Part shown: positions 38,056 to 51,051 of the stretch, piece after piece
Layout of the letters: each line of letters opens with the position of its first letter
How positions within the stretch are numbered: the first letter of the stretch is position 1
Source: Octopus sinensis
Taxonomy: Eukaryota
Assembly: GCF_006345805.1 (NCBI RefSeq)
Contig: NC_043000.1
Span: 17,546,001 to 17,610,000, forward strand
Direction of reading: 5' to 3'
Length of the DNA stretch: 64,000 nucleotides
Translations under genes and position numbers: made by a program
Notes under the pieces: generated by a model
Database searches by the model: none
Told to the model about the DNA's origin: nothing
The model's input: the letters and a program-made list of their open reading frames with translations, nothing else

Positions 38056-38482
38056 ATTAAGGGTAAACCATCTTTTACCCCCACCTATATATGACATTCG
38101 ACTGCAAAATTGCTACGCGATAACCAGCACTTGGATATTAATAATTGGGCACACTCCCAGCAGTATATTGGATAGGTACTATCCCTTAGTTGGTTGGCTT
38201 CCCAACCTCTAGCACTCACGGAAATATATATACATGTATATACATGTATATATAAAATGAAACTGGATCTCTTCTTGTCAGGTATCCCAGATGAACCAAC
38301 TTCACGGCAGGAGGTGCAGATGAGGGCAGCTGCATTGAACTCTCTCATGCACCAAATGGCAGTTGCTAAAAAGCATTCGTGAAGTACAACCATGTAGCAA
38401 CACCAAATGGCGGTGCCCCAGCATGGCCACAGCTCGTGAGCTGAAACTAGAATCAATCAATCATCAATCATATATATATGTA

Positions 38483-38693
38483 ATTTACAAGATAAGGGCA
38501 GAAGAAAAATTCTAATGCCAAATATGCCGAAACAAAAAATTGTTGATAACCATTATAATTATATTATAATGGTTATCAACAATTTTTGTACCCCCACCAT
38601 TAATTAATTATAATTATATTATAATGGTTATCAACGATTTTTTGTTTCGGCATATTTGGCATTAGAATTTTCTTCTGCCCTTATCTTGTAAAT
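38483..38693. repeat. Fold-back palindrome of the repeat family found at 50160-50780
   Basis: ATTTACAAGATAAGGGCAGAAG...ATAACCATTATAAT and its reverse complement. The right arm continues to about 38770 as the reverse complement of 50160-50340. Confidence 0.88.
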
Positions 38694-38821
38694 ATGTATA
38701 AATTTTACCTTCAAAGGCATTTTTTGATATGCTGGCCATTGATAAAATTTTTTTCCCCAAAAAAATTTTATCCTATATTAATTATCATATATATATGTAG
38801 ATATATATATATGTATATATA

Positions 38822-38864
<43 letters not shown>

Positions 38865-38884
38865 GTATATATATGTATATATAT

Positions 38885-39209
38885 ATCAATCATCATCGTT
38901 TAACATCTGTCTTCCACGCTAGCATGGGTTGGACTATATGTATATACATATATATAATGTTAATATATCTATGTATATATATGTATATATATATATATAT
39001 AAATATTGGAAGGTTTGGAATGATGTACAGGTATTATATATTATATAAAATATATAATACCTGTACATCATTTCCAACCTTCCAATATTTATATATTCTA
39101 TGTACACATATATATAACAGGATATATATACATATTATAATATATTTATAGTACATATATGTCCAACCCATGCTAGCGTGGAGAACAGATGTTAAACGAT
39201 GATGATGAT

Positions 39210-39286
<77 letters not shown>

Positions 39287-39450
39287 CATCATCATCGTTT
39301 AACATCTGTTCTCCACGCTAGCATGGGTTGGACATATATGTATATACATATATATATATATATGTATATATATCTATGTATATATATGTGTATATATATA
39401 TATATAAATATTGGAAGGTTTGGAAATGATGTACAGGTATTATATATTTT
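38885..39450. repeat. Direct-inverted-direct triplication of a ~160-bp segment
   Basis: The block CATCATCGTTTAACATCTG...TTGGAC(AT)n AAATATTGGAAGGTTTGG...GTACAGGTATTATATA occurs forward at 38885, inverted at about 39045-39210, and forward again at 39285. Confidence 0.85.
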
Positions 39451-39639
39451 ATAAAATGGTCAAAACTCCTCACACAGGAACTTAGTTTGATTTGAAAACC
39501 CCACTAGAATAGGAGAAAGCGCTAATACATGATCTAAGTTATATGATATATAAAAAATGTAATATACAAATAAATATCTGTAAATATAAACCATCCGATT
39601 TTCTGAGTACCTCATTTCTTCTAATATATATATGTATAT

Positions 39640-39905
39640 ACTGTGCAGGTGGCACGTAAAATGCACCAATCCGACCATGGCCGATGCCAGCCTCGCCTGG
39701 CACCAGTGCAGGTGGCACGTAAAAAGCACCCACTACACTCACGGAGTGGTTGGCGTTAGGAAGGGCATCCAGCTGTAGAAACATTGCCAGATAAGACCGG
39801 AGCCTGGTGCAGCCTTCTGCAGCCTTCTGGCTTCCCAGATCCCCGGTCGAACCGTCCAACCCATGCTAGCATGGAGAACGGACGTTAAACGATGATGATG
39901 ATGAT
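39640..39905 (+). mobile_element. RTE LINE 3' end
   Basis: Family A tail, with TA-rich tracts on both sides. Confidence 0.85.
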
Positions 39906-39981
39906 GATATACATATATATATATAATATATATACAACAATACATATGTCTATATGTATATGTGCATATATATATATATTA

Positions 39982-40065
<84 letters not shown>

Positions 40066-40734
40066 TATACATATAAATATATATATATGTATACATATAC
40101 ACATGTAACTGCATATATGTGTGTGGGGCATGGGTTGGATGTTTTGACAGGATCTCATAAGTTGTCAGATCATGTCATTCTACCAGTGTTTGCTTTGGCA
40201 TGTTTTCTACAGGTGGAAATTTTTACAATGACCAACCACTTTGCAGCATGCTTGTGCATATACATCATCATCATCATCATCATCATCAACATTTAACATT
40301 GCTTTTCCATGCCGCCACAGGTTGGACGGCATGACAGGAACTGGCAAGGCCAAGGGTCACACCAGGTACCACAGACTGTTTTTACTTGGTTTCTATGGCT
40401 GGGTGTCCTTCCTGATGTCAAACACTCCACAGAGTGTACTGGTTGCTATTTATGTGGTACTTTGGTTTTAGGATCTCAATTCTGTTGTATTGTGCAAGTC
40501 TTCTCAAGTACAGCAACTAGTCACACATCTTGGTCCTCTGTCATCTCCTTTTGAGATTGTCCTTCAGTACTGTACCCCATGTAAACACACACAAACACAC
40601 ACATACACACACATGCACACACACACATATGCACTTACACACACATCACACATACACACATATACACACACCACACATACACACATATACACACACATAC
40701 ACACATATACACACACATACCTATCTATCTATCA

Positions 40735-40767
<33 letters not shown>

Positions 40768-41272
40768 TATACATATATATATATATGATGGATGGACTTC
40801 TAGTTTCCATCTACCAAATGCACTCACAAGGCTTTGGTTGGCCTGAGGCTATAGTAGAAGACACTTGCCCAAGGTGCCATGCTGTGATTGGGAATCAAAA
40901 TCTTACTTCTTTACTGCCCACAAGGGAATCAAACAGCTTACCACACAACACACCTGAACACATGTGTGCATGCACATGCACGCATGCATGCACACACACA
41001 CACACACCACACACACACTTGTACACATATGAATTGGCTGGTAATACACGAGGCATTGAGCTGTAAAAGCCGAATGAAAGATTAAGCATTGAAGTGAGAC
41101 ATAGCATTTTACACTCCATCTAGGAGGGCAGTAATTTTGAATATGAACTGACTCACACATCAACTGCTCATCCAAGTATGCCAGCCTGGAAAGCAGACCT
41201 CAAATGGCAATGATGATGTTGATGATGATGTCTCAAGCATATAAAATCAATTGTAACTTGTTAACAATGTAT

Positions 41273-41490
41273 ATGAGTAGGTGCTGAAATGTTCCTGGCT
41301 TTAAGGGTATCGCAAAAGACCTGGCTGGTGGCCCAATCTTCTTAGTTCTTTAACAGCATTTAGAAAAACTGAAGGACCACTGCAACATGTGAGTGAATCT
41401 GAAAGGGGAATATATGTTGTATAAAATCATAATTAACTGATCCTCCTGTATTTTCTTTGACCCCAAGCCAGGAACTTTTCAGCACCCACC
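41273..41490 (+). mobile_element. Mariner-derived MITE (same family as 9858)
   Basis: GGTGCTGAAATGTTCCTGGCTTT...AAGCCAGGAACTTTTCAGCACC. Confidence 0.82.
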
Positions 41491-42284
41491 TTGAACAGTT
41501 TAGTTCCAAGGCAGCCAGAATAATCTGTGATCAATGACATTTGTTTTGTGACCATCCTATTTTTTATTCAGACAACATTATCATGTTTTTTGAAATAGCA
41601 CAATGTTGAGTGATGAAATAGTGGTTCACCCATTGGCTTGGTGTATTCTAGTAACATAATGCCAAATTGGAAAATGAGATTGTGTAACATTCATATATTT
41701 TTCATATGAATTGACTTCAAAGTAAGACTGAAACCAGTTTCTTGTCTCCAACTATATAAAAACCTCTTTCTGTGAAACAGTGAATAGATTCAAAAGGTCA
41801 AGTGTGTATATTCATAAATATTTACAAAAAGCATTTATGAAAAACTACGTCAAACCCTCTGACATACCTCTTCAGATTATAAACTAATGTGTGTACCTAT
41901 GATCATTGGTACACTCAGTTGTTTTCTTTAGCTCCACATTGGCTGTGATTGAGCTTACCTTTGATCAAAAGCATTCACCCATGGTCCTTTTGTCTTAGTG
42001 TTTTTTTTTTTAGCTTTTGTGTATGTTAAACTACATCATACAATTATTTTAGGGACTGGGAAACTTGAAGCAAATAAAGCTATAGATAATTGCGTGTAAA
42101 TATTGGACTAAAAATTCCTTTTGGACAGAAAATGTCAAAGACTGGCTGTAGGACAGAAACCCACATTTCCTGTTGACATGACTGGTGCTCTATCATTGGT
42201 AGTCTTCCCATTGCAGCCTTCCACTTTTTTGCCCCAAAGGGTTTTGCAACCTAATATTTACATGCTATTATTTATAGCTTTAAG

Positions 42285-42740
42285 GCAGTGGGCTTGCAGA
42301 ATTTTGCCATGCCAGACAAAATGCTTAGCAACATTTAGTCTATCTTTGCATTCTGAGTTCAGATTCCACCGAAGTCGACTTTACTTTTCTTCCTTTGTCG
42401 ACTTTACTTTTCACCGAAGTCGACTTTACATTTCATCCTTTCAGGGTCGATAAAATAAGTACCAGTTGAGCACTGGGGTTGATGTAATTGACTTACCCAC
42501 CTCCCCTGATAATGCTAGCCTTGTGCCAAAATTTGAAACCATTATTTATAGCTTTATGTAAGTTGGTGAACTGGCAGAATTGTTTGTATGTTAGCAAAAT
42601 GCTTTGCAGTATTTCATCCATCTTCATGGTTTGAGTTCAAGTTCTGCTGAGGTTGACTTTGCTTTTCATCTGTTTGGGATCAATAGATTAAGTACCAGTT
42701 AAACACTGGGGTCGATGTAACTGGTTTAACCCCACCAAAA
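42285..42740 (+). mobile_element. Two tandem SINE family C copies
   Basis: Heads and GTCGAC/TTTCATCC cores. The first copy has an internal triplicated AAGTCGACTTTAC segment. Confidence 0.72.
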
Positions 42741-43689
42741 TTCAAAATCACTTTTTATAGTTTTATGTGCTTCCAGATCCAGTATTTCAAAAAGAATTAT
42801 TTTACTTTATCTAATGTAGTTAGTCTAAGATATTTTGATATAGAGTGTGATTTAAGCAGATGGTTTAGGTGTGATTTAAGAGAAATTTGATTGCTGTTTT
42901 TAAGGAATCAAGCCACTATGAAGATATTCCCTAATGCATAAGTAATAATCTTGTAAAGCAGGAGTTTTAGAAACAGAAAAAGAAATGAAACCAGTTCATG
43001 AACTCAGACAATAGCAAATCTCTTTCTCTGATATACTCCTTACATTCAACAGGCAGACCGTGATATAAATATTTAAGAAAAGAGTTAACTGCCTCGGCAT
43101 ATTGACCAAATATGACATTAATAATGTAGCATATTTTCTTCAGGATATGATCATTTAAGTGTGAAAAAGAATGTCAAAGTCTGTTTTATTGAACTAAGAA
43201 GTTTGAAAAACAAAAATGGTACAAAATACCAAAGTATATAAAGGTTAAGGGTATGGGGTATAAAGTATGTAAGAGATATATTTTGTGTGTGTGTGTGTGT
43301 GTGTGCGTTTGTGAATGTGTATATATATATATATATATGTATGTATTTATGAGTGTATGTGAGTATCTATATATATCTGTGACTATGTTTATATGTATGC
43401 ATCTGTGATTATGTGTGAGCTTGTGTGTGCTGTGCTTTGCTTTGTATCTATTTATACGTCTCATTATAAGTGTGTATATACTTATCCAAGCATGTAAGAA
43501 TATGTGTCAATAAATCCCTCTATTTCAATACACACTCTACGAGCACCAGGGTATCAAGTCACATTATCATAAGAAAAATAAAATGTGATACTCTCTCCTC
43601 GGCTTCCTCTCTCCTTATATCCCTCCCCTGTCTGTTTGTCTCTCTCTATGCAAACACAAGCACACAAATGCATACATACATGTATATAC

Positions 43690-43699
43690 ACACACAAAT

Positions 43700-43759
<60 letters not shown>

Positions 43760-43782
43760 TTGTGTGTGTGCATGCGTGTGTT

Positions 43783-43816
<34 letters not shown>

Positions 43817-44100
43817 TGTGTGTGTGTTTGTGTGTGTGTTTGTGTGTGTGTGGTGTGTGTGTTTGTGGTGTGTGTGTGTTGTGTGGTGTGTGTGTGTGTG
43901 TGTTTGTTGTGTGTGTGTGTTTGGTGTGTGTGTGTGTTGTGTGTGTGTGTGGTGTTTGTGTGTGTGCATGCTTGTGTTGTGTGGTGTGTGGTGTGTGTTT
44001 GTGTGGTGTGTGGTGTGTGTGTGTGTGGTGTGTGTGTGTTGTGTGTTTGTGTGTGTGTGGGTGTTGTGGTTGTGTGTGTGTGTGTGTGTGTGCGCGTGTG
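43690..44100. repeat. Long imperfect (GT)n microsatellite
   Basis: About 400 nt of GT/GGT/GTT repeats. Confidence 0.95.
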
Positions 44101-44526
44101 TATCTACTATATGGTTGAGAGTGTATGTGTTTATATCACTGAAAGGCTCTGAAATGGAGTGTCCTTGAGAAAAACGGATTTGATTTTCGAAATCCACTTC
44201 CCAGCAGGAATGTATTTTTAATTAGTGATAAAAAAATATAATTTGCTATGAGAAATAACTCGACTTTTAGATCCTTAAATTACTATATCATTCCAATCTC
44301 TCTATCTGTCTCTTTCTGTATTTTTATGGTTTTCCCCTCTCTGTATATATTTACCACACTCTCATTCTTTCTCTGTATATTTCTCATGTGTGCTACTCCC
44401 CACTCTTTCTCTTGACATCTGATTGCTTTCATTTTGTTTAAAACTTTGTCATAATGTTTTTACTTTCATTTTGTGATAAACTTTTATCATGCGTATAAAC
44501 TGTTATCATATGTATAAACTGTTATA

Positions 44527-44703
44527 GGCGCAGGAGTGGCTGTGTGGTAAGTAGCTTGCTAACCAACCACATGGTTGCGGGTTCAGACCCACTGCGTGGC
44601 ATCTTGGGCAAGTGTCTTCTGCTATAGCCCCGGGCCGACCAATGCCTTGTGAGTGGATTTGGTAGACGGAAACTGAAAGAAGCCTGTCGTATATATGTGT
44701 ATG

Positions 44704-44734
<31 letters not shown>

Positions 44735-44855
44735 TTGTGTGTCTGTGTTTGTCCCCCTAGCATTGCTTGACAACCGATGCTGGTGTGTTTACGTCCCCGT
44801 CACTTAGCGGTTCGGCAAAAGAGACTGATAGAATAAGTACTGGGCTTACAAAGAA
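44527..44855 (+). mobile_element. SINE family B, 3'-truncated, followed by an inverted fragment (about 44880-44930)
   Basis: The consensus stops at GGGCTTACAAAGA, then comes (AT)n, then the reverse complement of 44640-44700. Confidence 0.88.
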
Positions 44856-45120
44856 TATATATATATATATATACATATATACGACAGGCTTCTTTCAGTT
44901 TCTGCCTACCAAATCCACTCACAAGGCATATGTGTAAGAAATTTTATTAAGGCAACAGAATTGGAAGACCCTAACAAAGCATCAGTAACAAGCTCAGATG
45001 ACACCTGAACAGAGAAGGAATAGACTTGATACATAAACACATGCCTTCATCACATGTTCTCAGGAGAGACTTGAGCATAGCATGTATCAATTAGATGGTA
45101 AGCGCTCAGACTCAGGAGAT

Positions 45121-45335
45121 GATGTCCCATTTCAGTGCAAAGGACTTTAATTTCCAGTGAATCTTAGTTTTGCCTTGACCACCAACGAATTGCAAGGCAA
45201 ACATTTTCAGTTGCTGGTTTACACCTTGAAGAGCCCTGCTTCACACATGGTCATCTTTACATTGGATGAGTAGGAAGTGAGAAAAAATCTTTACATCTAT
45301 GAACCAAATGGAAAAACAAAAACAATTTCTTTTAT
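45121..45335 (+). pseudogene. Helitron PIF1-like helicase C-terminal remnant
   Basis: Translation DVPFQCKGL*FPVNLSFALTTNELQGK..VAGLHLEEPCFTHGHLY..GSEKNLYIYEPNGKTK matches the QFPVxLxFAxTINKSQGQ...CFSHGQLYV motif region. Confidence 0.85.
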
Positions 45336-45548
45336 TGGGACGTTATAAATTGCTCCAAATAATGTAGAAATCTGTCCTGATCAAAGAGACTTATTCATCG
45401 GGGAAGATATGGTTGGACTTGAAATAAAAAGTAATTGAAACAAGGGCATTCTATTGCGAAAATGACTTGGCAATGACAAGCTACTCAGCTGGAACATATA
45501 TATATATATAAATGAAAGAATGGAGTCGAACGACGATTTTAACAAAAT

Positions 45549-45645
45549 TCCTTTACTCTCGACACATGTTTCGAAGGCTGCATATTCCTAATTCCGAAGG
45601 AATAAAGGGTGCATTATGCCGCCATCTCATCAGGAAAGACAAGGA
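45549..45645 (-). ncRNA. Intact type I hammerhead ribozyme
   Basis: Minus strand: TCCTTGTCTTTC-CTGATGA-GATGGCGGCATA...TATGCAGCCTTC-GAAA-CATGTG-TC-GAGAGTAAAGGA. All core nucleotides are canonical, with a GUC cleavage triplet. Stem I pairs 10 of 12 positions and stem II pairs 10 of 12. Confidence 0.85.
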
Positions 45646-45707
45646 ACTTATGTCAGCACCATGAAGAGCAAAAACTTTTAGATGACTGCCCACATGATGT
45701 CTACAGT

Positions 45708-45767
<60 letters not shown>

Positions 45768-45879
45768 TATATATATACACATATATATATATGCATACAT
45801 ACATACATACATACATACATACATACATACATACTACATACATACATACATACATACATACATACATACATACGTACGT

Positions 45880-45910
<31 letters not shown>

Positions 45911-46479
45911 AATTAAATTAAAGATAAAACCACTATTAGGCAAATCAAACAGTGAAAAACATAAACCAAAACATAGAAAAAAATTAATTAATATATATAT
46001 ATATATGTTTAATGATTAAGGTGGCTAGATGCAATTTAAAACCAAAAAAGAAAAAAGTCACCATTACTAAAAGTGACTGAGGTGCAGGGTAGCACCAGCA
46101 TTGCTAGAAACAAGAGTCAAAGTCTCTTTAGCGATGAACAAAGCACAGTTTTATGTACTGATTAGAGACATAACTTCCCCACAGAAAGTGAAGGCAAAGT
46201 GATTTAAGGCAGCTACTGTTAGCCTTTCATGATTCATGATTGCCTACATTCTGGACAACTCTGAAGAAGACCCAAGCATCAACTGATGAACACAATACCT
46301 TCATACACCTTGAATAAGTAATCTTAAATTAGCCTCTATACAAAGGGCTGTGCTTCAGCATGGTCTTTAGTAATGATGGTTAAAACAAATTTATAGATTG
46401 TTTTATTTTATTCTAATTTATTTGATATAAAGACTGGGGACATCCATGATGCTTCAAGATCCTCCTTATTCTTTTATTC

Positions 46480-46652
46480 TTTCATTTGCTTCAGTCATTT
46501 GACTGTGGCCATGCTGGAGCACCACCTTTAGTCAAGCAAATCGCCCCCCAGGACTTATTCTTTGTAAGCTCTTGCCGAACTGCTAAGTGACAGGGACACA
46601 AACACACTAGCATTGGTTATCAAGCGATGTTGGGGGGACAAACACAGACACA

Positions 46653-46700
<48 letters not shown>

Positions 46701-46830
46701 ACACACACACACACACACACATACACACACTTATATATACGACGGGTTTCTTTCAGTTTCCGTCTACCAAATCCACGCACAAGGCTTTGGTCGGTCCGAG
46801 GCTATAGTAGAAGATACTTGCCCAAAGGTC
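46480..46830 (-). mobile_element. SINE family B, partial
   Basis: Reverse complement of tail and core; the head is missing. Confidence 0.82.
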
Positions 46831-47472
46831 AGTTTAATTTGATTCATATTCAGCGTAAACTTCTGATGGTCAATGTTTATAGAGAAAATGTGGATTCACA
46901 GAAAATTCGAAGGGGAAACAGTTTGGGGGAGAATGGATTGAGCATAATGTTAAGAACAGAGATTTGGTGGGTGAAAGACAATTTTATACAGACATTACAC
47001 TTACACCCACATACACACACATATATATGTTTGGAGTAAGGATGGTCGTATGGTCAAGACGTTTGCTTGTGAACCTCATGGTTTTGGGTTCAGTCCCAAT
47101 ACAACAAGGTATTTTATATAGCAATATAATACCAAAAAAAGACATGTAAATAGCACACACATCAAAAAATTAACATGTCACAACTGGCATTAAAACTTAT
47201 CGATTAAAAGTTTGGTTGCTACAAAAAAAATTGACACGTGTTTGCTGATACATATGGCTGTCAATTAAAAATTCTTTGACAGGACAGTCAACATGAATTC
47301 AACCAGAATCTAAGAAACAGCACAAATGCCAAATATATTCAATTCTTGAAAATGAGACGGCAAATATCTGGAAATGATGAATATGAATTTAAGAACTTTA
47401 TTGTTCCAAATTAATTGTGAAAAATAACTTGAGAATATATGAAAAATCTAAAATAAAAAACTAGAATTTGAA

Positions 47473-47863
47473 TGTGGTGGAAGCACTCCGTCAGTTACGA
47501 CGACGAGGGTTCCAGTTGATCCGAATCAACGGAACAGCCTGCTCGTGAAATTAACGTGTAAGTGGCTGAGCACTCCATAGACACGTGTACCCTTAACGTA
47601 GTTCTCGGGGATATTTAGCGTGACACAGAGAGTGACAAGGCCGGCCCTTTGAAATACAAGGTACAACAGAAACAGGAAGTAAGAGTGAGAGAAAGTTGCG
47701 GTGAAAGAGTACAGCAGGGATCACCACCATCCCCTGCCGGAGCCTCGTGGAGCTTTTAGGTGTTTTCGCTCAATAAACACTCACAACGCCCGGTCTGGGA
47801 ATCGAAACCGCGATCGTATGACCGCGAGTCCGCTGCCCTAACCACTGGGCCATTGCACCTCCA
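47473..47863 (-). mobile_element. tRNA SINE, head D + tail X
   Basis: Full-length copy. Confidence 0.9.
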
Positions 47864-48109
47864 ATTTGAATGTGTTCATGTATTTAATGTAACACACACA
47901 CACATACACGTGAGTGTGTGTGTGTGTGTGTGTAAATATATACACACCAAATCTTTTACAAACCATACCTTACCTACCTGATATAAAAGGTACATTAGGT
48001 AATGTTGTACTCTTATAGACATTTAAAAGGATGGGCTTGTCATATCTGCAATGCCTTTGATCATGGGTTTGCTCAATAAGAGTTGATCTGGAGCTTGAGC
48101 AAGCAACAA

Positions 48110-48320
48110 CAACGACTTCTGCATTCCAGAAGTTCATAGACTTTCCAGGAGAGACGTTTCATAAGTTTCTATGGTGTTTTTGCCCCAGTTTAAAACAAAA
48201 CTTCGTTGCATAGTGAGCGTCCAAATTGTATTCATGTCTCAACTGTATTCTGCAAACTAGTTAGCAGTGACAAGCAGTGTTTAGTAGGGTGTGCTCAAGT
48301 TTTTGTTACAGCTGTCTACT
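48110..48320 (-). mobile_element. Mariner 5' fragment
   Basis: The minus strand gives a degenerate ..YATKFCFKLGKNTIETYE, similar to mariner transposase N-termini. Confidence 0.5.
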
Positions 48321-48365
48321 TCAATTTGGAATAACAAAAGTTGTCAGGTCAGCTTATTAGAACTA

Positions 48366-48682
48366 TTTTGTTTTTATTTATGAGCCCTTTTCAAGCCTAG
48401 CCAGGCTCATGGGCCTGGTTTCCCAGTTTCTATGGCATATGTGTTCCCTCCAGCTGGACGGGACGCCAATCAGTTGCAGCATTACTCAAGAAACAAGAAG
48501 AAAGAGTGAGAGAAAGTTGGGGCAAAAGAGTACAACAGGGGTTGCCACCACCCCCTGCCGGAGCCTCATGGAGCTTTAGGTGTTTTCACTCAATAAACGC
48601 ACAACGCCTGGTCTGGGAATCGAAACCACGATTCTCCGACCACGAGTCTGCTGCCCTAACCACTGGGCCATTGCGCCTCCAC
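48366..48682 (-). mobile_element. tRNA SINE, head D + tail Y
   Basis: D head followed by ...GAGTAATGCTGC...GGGCCCATGAGCCTGGCTAGGCTTGAAAAGGG. Confidence 0.85.
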
Positions 48683-50114
48683 TATAGTAATGATATACTA
48701 AAATTACAATAATCTAGGACAATTATAACTTTCTCTCCTAAAAGGCCTCAAAACTTCTGGAATACACCTCATATCTATCTATCTATCTGAGTGTGTGCGT
48801 GTTTGTGTGTATATTTGTGTATGTAAAGTAAAATATAGCATATCAAGTTTGTTTTTTGTTTTGTAATGAAAGGGCAATAAACATGACTCTCCTCAGGGCT
48901 TCTAATTGGTGATGGAAAGGGAGAAAGGGAGGAACGAGGAGGTTATATTTAGATAGGAAACTTAGCCTAAATGCATGCAATTGAGTGGACTCTTCTAAAA
49001 GTACACAAGGGTCAGGTGGTAATGTTAATACTGGTGATAGATTAAGTCTACCATTCATGAACATTCTTTTCATTTTTTTAATTTTTCATGCAAGGCTTTG
49101 GTAGACTTGGAACAATGGTAGAAAATTCTGGTCCAAGTTGAGGAAGCAAACTTTTTAATTACACATCCATGCCTCTTATGTCCACCCTAATCCACCAGAC
49201 TTATGTTCAAAGATATCTTGTCAATGCCATAATTTTTTTTTCTGACATAATGTATCTAGAACCACATAATCCATCCCAGTTATAAGATGGTATAATGTGA
49301 TTTAAGGTAGCTGTGACTGCTATTTTTAGCTGGTGAGTAGCCTTGCTGAGGCTTCTTTGGATTGTTTGAACAGATATTTATATTACAGCATAACTTCTGT
49401 AATGTGGACCACTTAACCATGAAAAGGCAATTAAAGTAATGACTACTTGCAACCTTATTTGCACCATTGAACTCCATATTAGAGATCACTCATATACCAC
49501 ATCGTTATAAAATTACTTTTCTCAACTAAGAAACTGTTGTTGTTGCTGTTGTCATTGTTGTTGTTGTTGCTTGCTCAAGCTCCGGGTCGACTCTTATTGT
49601 GCAAACCCATGATCAGAGGCATTGCAGATATGACAAGCCCATCCTTCTAAATGTGTATAAGAGTACAACATTACATAATGTACCTTTTATATCAAGTAGG
49701 TAAGGTATGGTTTGTAAAAGATTTGGTTTCTGTTTCTAGCAAGGTGAATGGCCAACAGAGCACAAACTTATGAGAGTATGTTACTTAATAGAAGTCTGTA
49801 TGGAAAGATTTAAAGTGTTTGAATTTCCATGAATCTGTATCATAGAAGTTGAAAGTAATCTGCAACAAATACGTCTCTACCAGAATTGACCTTCTTGGCT
49901 TAGGCAGGAAATTCAGATGAGCAATACTCTTCTTTTTCTTTTCTTTCTTCTTTAATTAATTAATTTATTCATTTATTTTTTGCAGCTGCTAGGTCAACGT
50001 CATATATACACTGTAGTTATATATATACATATATACATGTATATATAATATTTACATATATATATATATATATATACAAATATATAAACTTATATTCCTA
50101 TAAGTATGCATGCT

Positions 50115-50148
<34 letters not shown>

Positions 50149-50160
50149 AATACTTATATA

Positions 50161-50778
50161 TACATCTAATATAGGATAAAATTTTTCGAAAAAATTTTAT
50201 CAATGGCCAGCATATTAAAAAAACCTTTAATGGTTAAATTTATAAACAACTTATAAACAAGGGCAAAATAAAAAAATTCTAATGCCAAATATGCTGAAAA
50301 TAGACAAATCATCAATAACCATATAATTTATCACTATAAGCACGCGTCTCGAAGTAAGCCGACAGAAATTTTAAAAAATTATGTTATTATCACATCAGTT
50401 CCAATTTCAGAGTTAATTCATAAGAATTTTATCCTCGTCAGCGATAAATACGGTAAGAAATAAATGAAATACTTACTTATACCCATGGAAGAAGCAAACA
50501 CTAAGTCATGAGCACAATTAAGTACCCCAAATATATCCAAAATAGAAATTCTCCAGTACACCTCAAGACATGTGCAATCAGACTGAAAACTCTCATAGAG
50601 TGAGAGAGTCTGGAAGTGAACACTATTAAATTTACATCTAATATAGGATAAAAATACCTTTAAAGGTTAAAATTATAAACAACTTATAAACAAGGGCCGA
50701 AGAAAAAATTCTAATGCCAAATATGCCAAAAATAGACAACTCGTTAATAACCATATAATTCATCACTATAAGCATACT
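50161..50778 (-). mobile_element. Penelope-like / retrozyme-like element: 472-bp partial tandem with a degenerate hammerhead (50335-50450)
   Basis: TACATCTAATATAGGATAAAA...ATCACTATAAGCA occurs at 50161 and 50633. The minus-strand core reads CTGACGA...GAGA-CGCG-TG. Confidence 0.6.
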
Positions 50779-51003
50779 TATATATATATATATATATATT
50801 ATATTTTTTATCTTTTATTTGTTTCAGTCATTTGACTTGGGGCACTGCCTTGAAGAACTTTTAGTCAAATGAGTGAACCCCCAATTCTTAATTTCATTGA
50901 CCCTAGTACTTATCGTATTGGTCTCATACTGCTAAGTAATGGGGATGTAAAAGTGGTAGCGGAGAGGGGGCATACAGACAGACATACACCCAATATATAT
51001 ATT

Positions 51004-51051
<48 letters not shown>

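Noticed and set aside
41720-41880. Minus-strand CTGAAGA with a distant GAAAC
   Set aside because: Stems I and II do not pair.
46255-46295. CTGAAGA and CTGATGA boxes close together
   Set aside because: There is no downstream GAAA-stem III-UH arrangement.
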